This document shows positions 39,280-48,654 of a DNA stretch of 64,000 nt, piece after piece. Position numbers and translations under genes: made by a program. The notes beneath the pieces were generated by a model, which saw only the letters and a program-made list of their open reading frames with translations, was not told the DNA's origin and did not search any database. Origin of the DNA: Limisphaerales bacterium (GTDB taxonomy: Bacteria; Verrucomicrobiota; Verrucomicrobiia; Limisphaerales; JAJOIW01); NCBI GenBank assembly GCA_965657355.1, contig CBFHOE010000003.1, forward strand, positions 1 through 64,000, in the 5' to 3' direction. Each line of letters starts with the position of its first letter. Positions within the stretch are counted from its first letter, which is position 1.

Positions 39280-40689
39280 ATGATCATGACCTCCAAATCT
39301 TATCTTTCCAATGCCGCATTCATTCTAGGCTTTTTAATTAGTTTCCTTACACAACATGGCTGGTCTCAAGGCCAAGCCGAAAAAACTATAAATCGGCAAG
39401 CCATTTTAAATCAAAAAAGCTTGAAAGAAATTTTTGAGAACTACGCTGCTCAGGCGGCTCATTGTTTTAAATATCTAAATGAAGATTCAAAGATACCTCT
39501 AAACGAACTTAAATCTGCTCTAAAAACACAGATCTACGAATTAGCTCAGTCCAGAGAGGTGCCCGAGGATTTAAACAATAACGGTGCCCCTCCGACCTCT
39601 GCCGAGCTTCGCTTCATGCATGATTTATATGCTGAAGCATTTAAACCCCTCTTAATTTCAGGGGATGTGACACAATTAGAATTTTCTAAATTCGTAAAGG
39701 ATACTGACTTGATCGAGAGACATTTTAGGCAGTTTTGTGCTAAGATGTCCGTCTTCACATTACTCCAATATATTCCTTTGACGAAAAAACAAATAGAAAA
39801 CGTCATAGGGGGAATACAAATAAATGATTCCGAGTCTGTCTCTCCATTTAGTTATACCATGAATCTGGTAAATGGTTCTCCTGAAAAAACACTTTCCATG
39901 TTTGATTTAACAAAAATAAAACCACCTTTATCGGGGCCTCAACAGAAGCTGCTTGATAAGTTAATGGGAGAAAGCACTGAGAGAAGAGCTCCTTATGCTG
40001 ATCTCAGTCTTTCTGTATCTGCGTTAAGGCAGGTTAACACCACTAATAAAAAGAGTATGCCTGACCCTCTTCCTGGAAGATTTTTAAAAGATTATTATGC
40101 AACTCAGATTAAAATATGGGCCGACGAATTTGGACTGAATCCAGCCGACCAAAAAAAACTCAACATAGTCAGTGGCCAAAGTGTAGATCAGCTCTTAACT
40201 TTCTATTCCGATCCTGAGAAGTTAGATTTAAGCAAAGCCTACAATCACGAAATGCTTTCTCAATCCATAACCCATGTCAGTTTTAACTGGAAAAAATGGG
40301 TGAAAATATTGAATAAAATTTCTAATTCCATGATCGATAGAGGAAGCAAGTCTTTTGAGACTCCGATAGATTACAATAACAAGTACTATTCACTTATCTA
40401 TGATATGAATCTAGACTTCATTATCACTGCTTTACGATTATGCGGTACCCCCAAGGTGGACTTGCAAGCTGCAAGCCATGGGTTAACCGGTAAACAAATT
40501 TTTGAAATTAAGCAGGTTTTCTCCAAAGCGAATGGAGATCAGCCGGCACTTTATCTTCAGGACTTTAATTTTTTAAGAAACATTATCATCGGCGAAAGAG
40601 CTAAATTTGAATCCATCCTTACTCCAGGTCAGATGGATGCGTTGAAGGTATTAGGTGAAGGCCTAGACATGGAAACCGAACTCAAATAA
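39280..40689 (+). CDS. Hypothetical exported helical protein
   Basis: 469-aa ORF with a signal-peptide-like N-terminus; no recognised motif. Confidence 0.65.
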   Translation: MIMTSKSYLSNAAFILGFLISFLTQHGWSQGQAEKTINRQAILNQKSLKEIFENYAAQAAHCFKYLNEDSKIPLNELKSALKTQIYELAQSREVPEDLNNNGAPPTSAELRFMHDLYAEAFKPLLISGDVTQLEFSKFVKDTDLIERHFRQFCAKMSVFTLLQYIPLTKKQIENVIGGIQINDSESVSPFSYTMNLVNGSPEKTLSMFDLTKIKPPLSGPQQKLLDKLMGESTERRAPYADLSLSVSALRQVNTTNKKSMPDPLPGRFLKDYYATQIKIWADEFGLNPADQKKLNIVSGQSVDQLLTFYSDPEKLDLSKAYNHEMLSQSITHVSFNWKKWVKILNKISNSMIDRGSKSFETPIDYNNKYYSLIYDMNLDFIITALRLCGTPKVDLQAASHGLTGKQIFEIKQVFSKANGDQPALYLQDFNFLRNIIIGERAKFESILTPGQMDALKVLGEGLDMETELK

Positions 40690-40826
40690 AAGAGACTTAA
40701 TGTTATTTAAGATTCACCCAAACCCTAATACCAAATCAAAAGAAATAATGACTAAAAATCATGATATGACTTTTGGAACTCTAATTAAGAGTCCATTGAA
40801 ATATCTATGAGTATATAATTTGTAAA

Positions 40827-41879
40827 ATGACATCTATTCTCTTTAACCGAATCGTTATCCTATTAGTCCTTCTTACTTGTTCGGGGGCTTTTCAATGCCT
40901 TGCTCAATTGCCTGAGATTAGATACGGACAAAAAGTCCCATTATCCGTTCGCCAAATCTATGACAAAGGTTTGGATTATCTTGCCAAGATACAACTCAAA
41001 ACAGGTGGATGGCCCAGCGGCGGGGGAGGGCAAACTGGCCCAGGTCTCGATGGGATTTGTGTCATGGCTTTCCTTGCTTCGGGATCAGACCCAAACTTTG
41101 GACAGTACGCATCTACTATACATAGAGGCCTACAAAATATTATCAGAACGCAAAACGCCTCCACTGGTTTCATGGGTAACAGCATGTATCACCACGGGTT
41201 CGGTATGTTAGCTTTGGCCGAGGCTTATGGAATAGTGCATGAAGCTAATCTCTGGAAGGAAGGTAAAGACGATGGTTCAAGAAGTATAGGAAAGGCACTG
41301 GAGTTAGCTGTAAGGGCTGCCATAACTTCTCAAAACCAAAATCCTCACAAAGCATGGAGATATTCGCCTCGAGCCAATGACGCTGATACTTCAGTGGCTG
41401 GTGCAGTATTAATGGGCTTACTGGCTGCTCGAAACGCTGGTATCGAAGTTCCAGACAAAACAATTGATGCCGCTCTAAACTATTTCAAAGCTATGACTAG
41501 TCCGAAAGGCAATGTTGGTTACTCTGGTGGTGTGGGCGGCTTCGGTGACTCATTAGCTCGCTCTAGTATTGCTACGCTTGTCTTTGCTATTGCTCGCCAA
41601 AAAGAAAAAGACAACTATAAATCCACTGCTAATTACCTTAAGAAAAATTTAGAGAACCAAGGAAATTCGGGGTGGCCCTTTTACACAAGGTATTACCAGG
41701 CACAGGCTTACTTCCAAGCAGATTATGAAGCTTGGAAAATATGGAACAGACGATTGATACGTGAAGTAAAGGCAATGCAAGGCCCTGATGGGAGTGTGCG
41801 AGGTGCCGCTTACCCAACAGGAATGTCTTTGCTTGCTCTGGGGCTTAACTACAGATTCCTACCAATCTATGAAAGATAA
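40827..41879 (+). CDS. Exported prenyltransferase/squalene-oxidase-repeat (alpha/alpha barrel) protein
   Basis: Signal peptide; QW-like repeats (GLDYLAKIQ..GGW, Q....WRY), MYHHG...LALAEAYG, DTSV..LMGLLAARNAG, LPIYER. Confidence 0.82.
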   Translation: MTSILFNRIVILLVLLTCSGAFQCLAQLPEIRYGQKVPLSVRQIYDKGLDYLAKIQLKTGGWPSGGGGQTGPGLDGICVMAFLASGSDPNFGQYASTIHRGLQNIIRTQNASTGFMGNSMYHHGFGMLALAEAYGIVHEANLWKEGKDDGSRSIGKALELAVRAAITSQNQNPHKAWRYSPRANDADTSVAGAVLMGLLAARNAGIEVPDKTIDAALNYFKAMTSPKGNVGYSGGVGGFGDSLARSSIATLVFAIARQKEKDNYKSTANYLKKNLENQGNSGWPFYTRYYQAQAYFQADYEAWKIWNRRLIREVKAMQGPDGSVRGAAYPTGMSLLALGLNYRFLPIYER

Positions 41880-41882
41880 AAT

Positions 41883-44800
41883 ATGAGATATCCTTTTCCT
41901 TTTCTTTTTCTTCAGAAGAATTTTTCTACTGCTGTTACTGCCGCAATGGCAATACTCATTATTTGCCCCCATTCCTCGGCCAATGGAATACAAGGTAAGC
42001 TTGAGTTCAAGGACGGATATTACACTTCAGGGGATTTACTTAAATCTGAAAAAGACGGTGAATTAAGATTTTTATCAAGTGGATTCACAGAGCCATTAAT
42101 ATATTCAATGGCAGGTTCTATTATTTTCAAACCTCACAGAATAGACCACAGGAATGATGGTCTTACTCCGTCGAGGCGTATTATGCTGAGAAATTCTGAT
42201 TACTTGGATGGCGATCTGGTTGACATTAAAGAAGATCTAATTGTTTGGAAGTCGGATGTTGTGGGTATTCTCGAGATACCACGCAAAGAGGTGGCACAAG
42301 TTTTTTTCCCAAAGACTCAATCGAGTATTTTTTTCGGCCCGCGGGATGTGTCTGACTGGCAGGTCAAATCTGGTAGCTCTCAAGATTGGAGTTTTGAAGG
42401 AGGAAGCTTGGCCACTACAGCTCCTAATACGTCTATTTTTAAAAATTTTCCTTCACTGACTCAGGTTCAAATTCACCTGAAGTTATCATGGAAGAAAAGG
42501 GGAGATTTCTTAGTGGCCATCGGAACTTCTGATCTTGAAGCCGATATAGCTAGTGCTTATCGTCTCGAAACTTGGTCTGGAGAATTAGTCGCCCAACGCG
42601 AAACATCGGATGATATCGATCTTTTCTCAATAAGTTCCCTCCAAGATGGTGCCAGCGAATTGGAGTTAAAAATTAAATTAGACCAAGCCACCGGTGAGTT
42701 GGAGACTCTTGATGCAAATGGTCAACTGCTCGGATCATTGAAAGTGCCTTCACCTGAAAATATGTTCAATCACGGGGTGCTTATAAAGAATAAAGGGGGG
42801 GACCTGAGCATCGATCGACTCAATATTATTCCAATCGACCTAAACTTGGAGTCTGATTCAAAATTAGCCGGTGGGTTTTTAATTAATACCGAAGGTGAGC
42901 TCACATCACTTGCCGAGCTAGCATGGGACAAGAATTCCGCATCTTTTACAAAACCGAGTGGGACTGTCGATGAAGACACTATTTCTGAAACTAAGGTTGA
43001 ATTAGTAGAAAATGAAGACGAGCAACCTGGAGAAGTATCAGATGTTGAAGATTCTCAAACGTCCAATCTGGTTGTTCCCGATGAAATCATACCTATTGAA
43101 GGTCTGCAACTTATCCACTTCAATTCATTCTACGATGAGTTAAAAGAAGCGGATTCAATAGATTGTCACGGGAGTGCTCGCTTTTCAGGTGATGTACAAA
43201 GAATAAATACTGAGGACGTATCAATGAATCCAAGTTGGGTGTCGTCAACTATATCAATCCCATTTAATGATTTGACACGAATTAACTTCAATCCCAAAGG
43301 TGGCGAAAATGAAGAATCTCCTTGGATTTTAAATATCTCCCAAGAAACCCGGCTTTCAGGTGATGTCACAGGCGTCAAATTTGTCGGCAAAAATAAATAC
43401 CCCGCCTTGGTTTGGAAACCACAATTTAGCGAAGTTTCAGTCCCATTGACACCTGGTTTAAAAGCCTTCCTGTACCCAAAGAAAAAGGCCAAGCCAAATT
43501 TATTAAACAAGATTGTTAAGAACAATATTCTTCAAATCAATAGCAAATTATATCCAAATTTATTGTTGATAAAAACCGGTGAGATTGTTCCATGTAATAT
43601 TCTTGAAGTTAATGACGAGACTGTAAAGGTGCTTACCTTCTTCAATAGCGAGGCGACTATACCATTGAGTTTGATTAGGTCTTTGGAATTATCAAACAAA
43701 CCCTTGCCGAAATATTTTAGTTCGAGTTCCAACAAGCCAAATATGAATCAAGGTTTTCGAAGGATGCCGATACCTTCATTTAAAAATTCTATAACTCAAA
43801 AGCAAAAAGAAAATTTGGATAAATTTTTAACTCTTACAAGATCTAGAAAGTATTTGCCCCCCACCCATATTATTCGGGCAGTTAATGGAGATTTAATAAA
43901 AGCTGATTTCGTTTCACTCGACGCAAGTCACGTTACCTTTGAGCTCAATGAGATTGAAAGAAAAATTCCACGTGATCGAGTGGCAAGTATATCTCCAATA
44001 GAATTAAATTCGGAATCGCTTGAAAAATCCTCTCCCGATGAACCAGCCAAACCGGATGAGCAAGACGGTGGGCAAGTGGCTGATGCCTTGGAAATTATTC
44101 CTGGAACGGTTCAATTAAAAATGGAGAATGATTACTACATAAATGTTCTCCCTGAAAATTTCAAAGAGGGTAAACTTTTTGGCCAATCAAAGACTTTAGG
44201 TGAATGCTCCATACCAGCTCTCATGGTAAGCTCAATAGCATTAAGGCCCGAAACTAAAACTTCCAGAAACAAGTGGCCCCATCTAGATTGGCAGATGGTG
44301 CACGCTAAAGAGCCTGTCGCGGCGGCAGTAAAATCACAGGACCCGGGCCGCCAAGCTCCTGACCCTCTGGTCGGAATGGATGCAACTGATTTTACGCTCG
44401 AAAATTTAAGTGGTCAAAATACCTCGCTATCGAATTTTAGTAATAAAATAGTCGTTCTCGATTTTTGGGCATCTTGGTGTGGCCCTTGCATGACAGCTAT
44501 GCCAGGAATTATCGAGACTGTTAACAAGTTTGAGCAAGAGGACGTAAAGTTAATAGGAGTGAACGTACAAGAGGATAAGACCACTGCCGCTCGCACAGTG
44601 AAGGGTAGAAATTTTGATATGGAAGTCGTTCTGGATACCACAGGTAAAATTTCTATGGCTTATAATGCAGGAAGTATCCCTCGTACAGTTGTTGTAGGAA
44701 AAGATGGAAAAATAAAATGGGCCCACACTGGGGCCTCTCCGACTCTTGGGGATCAATTGGAAAATGTTATAAACGCCCTCCAGAAGGGAATACCTCTGGA

Positions 44801-45245
44801 CCAAGCATCAGCTCCGGGATTAGGCCAGGATGTTCCAGATTTTTCAACCCGCTTGGTGAGCGGAAAACCACTACAGCTTTCAGATCTAAAAGGTAAAGTC
44901 ACTGTCTTGGATTTCTGGGCATCTTGGTGTGCCCCGTGCATTCAAGCAATGCCTGAATTAATTTCTGCAGTGGAAGGTTTTGACAAAGATAAGGTCCAAC
45001 TCGTTGGCATTAACCAAGGGCAATCCGCTCAAATCATCTCTAACTTCATGAAAAGGAAGGAATGGGAATTTGATGTGGCCCTGGATTTGGATCAATCTAT
45101 CGGAGCAAAGTTTGGAGTTTCAAGCATCCCTCATACGATCATTTTAGATCAACAAGGCAAAGTGGCGCACATACAAATAGGATATAGACCTGGCCTCGAT
45201 GATTCATTCTCTCGAATTATAAAAAATTTGCTCGAAAGTGAATAA
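41883..45245 (+). CDS. Exported multidomain protein with two C-terminal TlpA/redoxin thioredoxin domains
   Basis: Signal peptide; two VLDFWASWCxPC sites (WCGPC, WCAPC), each with a cis-Pro loop SIP; repeated short beta modules in the N-terminal part. Confidence 0.88.
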   Translation: MRYPFPFLFLQKNFSTAVTAAMAILIICPHSSANGIQGKLEFKDGYYTSGDLLKSEKDGELRFLSSGFTEPLIYSMAGSIIFKPHRIDHRNDGLTPSRRIMLRNSDYLDGDLVDIKEDLIVWKSDVVGILEIPRKEVAQVFFPKTQSSIFFGPRDVSDWQVKSGSSQDWSFEGGSLATTAPNTSIFKNFPSLTQVQIHLKLSWKKRGDFLVAIGTSDLEADIASAYRLETWSGELVAQRETSDDIDLFSISSLQDGASELELKIKLDQATGELETLDANGQLLGSLKVPSPENMFNHGVLIKNKGGDLSIDRLNIIPIDLNLESDSKLAGGFLINTEGELTSLAELAWDKNSASFTKPSGTVDEDTISETKVELVENEDEQPGEVSDVEDSQTSNLVVPDEIIPIEGLQLIHFNSFYDELKEADSIDCHGSARFSGDVQRINTEDVSMNPSWVSSTISIPFNDLTRINFNPKGGENEESPWILNISQETRLSGDVTGVKFVGKNKYPALVWKPQFSEVSVPLTPGLKAFLYPKKKAKPNLLNKIVKNNILQINSKLYPNLLLIKTGEIVPCNILEVNDETVKVLTFFNSEATIPLSLIRSLELSNKPLPKYFSSSSNKPNMNQGFRRMPIPSFKNSITQKQKENLDKFLTLTRSRKYLPPTHIIRAVNGDLIKADFVSLDASHVTFELNEIERKIPRDRVASISPIELNSESLEKSSPDEPAKPDEQDGGQVADALEIIPGTVQLKMENDYYINVLPENFKEGKLFGQSKTLGECSIPALMVSSIALRPETKTSRNKWPHLDWQMVHAKEPVAAAVKSQDPGRQAPDPLVGMDATDFTLENLSGQNTSLSNFSNKIVVLDFWASWCGPCMTAMPGIIETVNKFEQEDVKLIGVNVQEDKTTAARTVKGRNFDMEVVLDTTGKISMAYNAGSIPRTVVVGKDGKIKWAHTGASPTLGDQLENVINALQKGIPLDQASAPGLGQDVPDFSTRLVSGKPLQLSDLKGKVTVLDFWASWCAPCIQAMPELISAVEGFDKDKVQLVGINQGQSAQIISNFMKRKEWEFDVALDLDQSIGAKFGVSSIPHTIILDQQGKVAHIQIGYRPGLDDSFSRIIKNLLESE

Positions 45246-45354
45246 AGCATTACAACACAATCCATAATCTCAAAATGAAAACTAATTACACAAAATCAAG
45301 ACCATCACCATCGGCCTCCTTGTATCCACTTTCTTTCGGAAAATTACATTTTAA

Positions 45355-46635
45355 ATGAATTCTTTAGCCATGAAAATTCTATTTCCATACTTCCTATTAG
45401 TATCTATTTTCACCATATCCTCAGTTTACGGAGTCGATAACTGGACGGGTTGGCTTGGTCCGAATAGGGATGGACGTGTCACTGGTTTTCAGGAACCAGA
45501 CAAATGGCCAAAAGAATTAGAAAGAAAGTGGATTCAAAAAGTGGGTTCTGGTTATGCGACACCCTTAATAATCGCAGATAAAATATATATCCATTCAAGA
45601 ATCAAAGATAGCGAATACTTATCCTGTCTGAATCTTCAGAGTGGTAAACTCATATGGCGAAAAGGTGAGGTAGTTCCTTTCACTATGGGTTCAGGTGGTG
45701 AAAGTCATGGTAAAGGTCCAAAATCAAATCCTATTTATTCAGATGGTAAAATTTTTACATTCAGCATCTCCGGATGTCTCTCCGCGCGCGATGCTTCTAA
45801 CGGTCGTCTCTTATGGCAGAAGAAATATGGCAAGAAATTAAAAAAACCACATCCATTTTGGGGGGCAACAACATCTCCTGTTGTCAGTGGTCGCAACGTT
45901 TTTGTTCATTTTGGCAGTTGCGATGATGGAATACTATGCTCCTTTAATGCAAGATCAGGAGAAGAGCTATGGACAAAATCAGGCGATGGCGCATGTTATT
46001 CTTCTCCTTTGGCAGTCGAATTGTTCGGTGTTCCTCAGCTTGTTGAATGGAATCACCGAGCTTTAGTTGGGGTTGAAATAAAATCAGGAAAGACATTATG
46101 GGAATTTCCATTTCCCCACAGGGGCCAGAACCAGAACATGCCTACCCCAGCATATTATGAGGGCCGATTCTTTTTGGGCGGAGAAAACAGAGGACTAAAA
46201 TGTGTAAGGCCAATACTTGTTGACGGTCAGTGGACTGTAAATGAGGAATGGTTTCAAAGGAGAGCACCGCTCGATATGAGTTCTCCAATTATTTCCAACG
46301 GGCTACTATATGGACTCTCGCATTATGACAGAGGACACCTCTTTTGCTTGGACACTTCGACCGGTGAAATTTTATGGAAAGGCCCGCCAAGAACAGGGAG
46401 CCATGCAACCTTTCTTTCGACTCCAAATCATATCATTTCCTTATTGGGTCATGGCGAGCTAAGAGTTCTTTCCTCTACTTCTGAAGGCTATGCTTTAAAG
46501 GCAAATTACAAGGTCTCCGACAAACCAACATGGACAGCACCGGTCTTGCTTGATGATGGTATTCTCATAAAAGATGTTGATAGTCTTTCTTATTGGAAAT
46601 TTCCAAAAGCAAGTCTACCAAATCAGATCAATTGA
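45355..46635 (+). CDS. Exported PQQ-type (BamB-like) beta-propeller protein
   Basis: NWTGWLGPNRDG start; repeated SGKLIW, NGRLLW, SGEELW, SGKTLW, TGEILW blades; WTAPV end. Confidence 0.88.
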   Translation: MNSLAMKILFPYFLLVSIFTISSVYGVDNWTGWLGPNRDGRVTGFQEPDKWPKELERKWIQKVGSGYATPLIIADKIYIHSRIKDSEYLSCLNLQSGKLIWRKGEVVPFTMGSGGESHGKGPKSNPIYSDGKIFTFSISGCLSARDASNGRLLWQKKYGKKLKKPHPFWGATTSPVVSGRNVFVHFGSCDDGILCSFNARSGEELWTKSGDGACYSSPLAVELFGVPQLVEWNHRALVGVEIKSGKTLWEFPFPHRGQNQNMPTPAYYEGRFFLGGENRGLKCVRPILVDGQWTVNEEWFQRRAPLDMSSPIISNGLLYGLSHYDRGHLFCLDTSTGEILWKGPPRTGSHATFLSTPNHIISLLGHGELRVLSSTSEGYALKANYKVSDKPTWTAPVLLDDGILIKDVDSLSYWKFPKASLPNQIN

Positions 46636-46970
46636 TAGTTACGGACCGCACGATTCAAAACCCTTTTTTATAGGCGTGCTGGTTTACAGAGAACAAAATA
46701 AGTTTTCGGTTTATTTTGGCTATAAATAATCCAAGTGCAAAAAATCATGAGAGCTGCCCGAACTATCTTCCGGCCAATAAAGAATAGTTTATTCACATAA
46801 TTTGAGTTGTTGGTCCTGCTTGCCAACCATTTGTACCTCAATAGGTATATCCGAATAAAGATGAATAAAACAGACCTCTGGATGCCCGACACCTGAGTGC
46901 ATAAATCTACTAAGTCACTCACCCATTTGAAAGCCCAGGCTTTCCGAAGCGTGAAATTTTACTCTCAAGA

Positions 46971-48488
46971 TTAGAAGCTATTATTAAGTCTATCCCCGAA
47001 TTTCAACCCGAAACTTTTGATGGCCTTTTTAACCTTAGGTATTTCGTCTCCATCAAATGCCCCATTCTGGTTTTCATCAAACCGCATAATTTGCTTCATG
47101 AAAAAACTAGATCTTGCTCTTCGTGAACTAGACCCTCTGGCGAGCATACTTGATAGAAAAGAGAATGTTTGGTGATCCTTCAAGGCTGTTTTGATTTCTT
47201 CAAACTCCCCGTTCTTTAATGGGCTGACCCTTAATGTGACGCTGCCCATTTCATCATACGAGAAGGGCCCCCATTTGACACGTTTGGGGGGCGAGTTTGG
47301 ATTGAACAAATTTTGTTCAGAGTTATCCCATACAACCTCTGCTTCAATTCTAGTCCCTGCCTGCAATTTAACAGGCTTTGAAAATACATACCCTTCCTGC
47401 CAGTTGAAATCCCAATCATCAATTCTCACTAACTCAATTTCTGAGCCATTCGGCGTAATGGCTTTCATTTCCATTTGTTTTCCCAGGTAATGAGCATGTG
47501 CGCTTATCCCGAAAGCTTCCACATCAACCGGGATTTCGAATGAGTCTTTGACAGAATAATGCGATTCCCCCGCAGGAATGTCTATTCCAGCAAGTGCCCC
47601 AAATTTTGGTGGAAGTTGGATTCCTGTAAACGGCCGGGTTGCTGGTTTTTCGGATAGATACAGACCTAGTGAGGTAGCCTCCTTTTCAGGTTTTCCAGAA
47701 GGATGAAAATGTGTTTGCAAAACAATATCTGAGTTGGGTGGAACCTCGAATGCCATCCCGTCAGGTAACATCTTAGCGGTCCCACCAACGGCCCACCCAC
47801 CAACAGGTTTTAGGCGGCTGGTGAAGCCCATCCCACTGAATCCCGGTTTTGCATCTCTGGCATCGCGTTCCCGCGCTTTTCCCGATGAATCAACGAAGTA
47901 GAGAACATGATGAACGACAGGCCTTGCTGTTGGACGAATCTCTATGGCTTTTAACCAAAGAGTTTCTTTATTGCTCAAAGGAAAGACAAAATTTCGGTAG
48001 ATATCGGGACCGTCCGCATAAACTTCATATACTTCCGGCATACTAACAACCATATCCGGTTCCCCGGCAAGCCAACCATTCGGGAATTTTGGGCGCTCGG
48101 GTGCGTCTGAAACGTTTCCTTCCTCTAAGCCTTGCTCAATCCAATCAAGAAGTAATTTCTTATCTCTAGCTCCCAACTTGCGGGCGTCCTTGTAAGAGAG
48201 GTGTTCGCTTTTGGCGTGCCACGGCGGCATGTATCCATCTATCACAACTTCCTTTATCTGTCGTGCCCGCTTCCTCACGTCATTGTAATCGAGTAAAGAA
48301 AAAGGGCCGGCTTGGCCTGGTCGATGGCAATTGGAACAATTGTTCCAGATTATAGAAGCAATGTTTTTATGAAAAGTAATCCCTTCTCCGGCTTGGGTTT
48401 TGCTCGGAACAAAAGCAAAACTCAAAAATACAAGAAGTGCGTGGAATGCTAATCTAGATCCCTTAGGATTTTTCAAAATATTAATCAT
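46971..48488 (-). CDS. Exported cytochrome c + copper type II (PHM/DBH-like) monooxygenase-fold protein with EF-hand tail
   Basis: CSNCH + MPPW; VVHH, HFH, HAH, DEM; WDFNWQ; DENQNGAFDGDE. Confidence 0.78.
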   Translation of the reverse strand: MINILKNPKGSRLAFHALLVFLSFAFVPSKTQAGEGITFHKNIASIIWNNCSNCHRPGQAGPFSLLDYNDVRKRARQIKEVVIDGYMPPWHAKSEHLSYKDARKLGARDKKLLLDWIEQGLEEGNVSDAPERPKFPNGWLAGEPDMVVSMPEVYEVYADGPDIYRNFVFPLSNKETLWLKAIEIRPTARPVVHHVLYFVDSSGKARERDARDAKPGFSGMGFTSRLKPVGGWAVGGTAKMLPDGMAFEVPPNSDIVLQTHFHPSGKPEKEATSLGLYLSEKPATRPFTGIQLPPKFGALAGIDIPAGESHYSVKDSFEIPVDVEAFGISAHAHYLGKQMEMKAITPNGSEIELVRIDDWDFNWQEGYVFSKPVKLQAGTRIEAEVVWDNSEQNLFNPNSPPKRVKWGPFSYDEMGSVTLRVSPLKNGEFEEIKTALKDHQTFSFLSSMLARGSSSRRARSSFFMKQIMRFDENQNGAFDGDEIPKVKKAIKSFGLKFGDRLNNSF

Positions 48489-48654
48489 TGCTGTAAAATT
48501 TACTTATCCGAATTATCAGTACGATTTAACACAAAATACCTCAGTTTGTTTCAATGAAAACTGGTAAGAGTGATTTATGCCATTTTTACAAAATACATGG
48601 CACTTTTTTCAAGCCATGAAACCCTCCAGTTCTCCATCATTAAAAATCGTTTGA

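Noticed and set aside
40827..41879. Calling this gene shc (hopanoid biosynthesis)
   Set aside because: About half the expected length, has a signal peptide, lacks DxDD, and has no hpn genes nearby.
46789..46797. Isolated TTATTCACA box (another occurs near 52869, inside nadD)
   Set aside because: Single 9-mers are expected by chance in AT-rich DNA and are not clustered.
46668..46922. 84-aa minus-strand ORF in an intergenic gap
   Set aside because: GTG start, no motif and no clear RBS; cannot be supported without homologues.
48597..48619. CATGGC...GCCATG inverted repeat upstream of the copper monooxygenase gene
   Set aside because: Only 6-bp arms and no second copy seen, so it cannot be called an operator.
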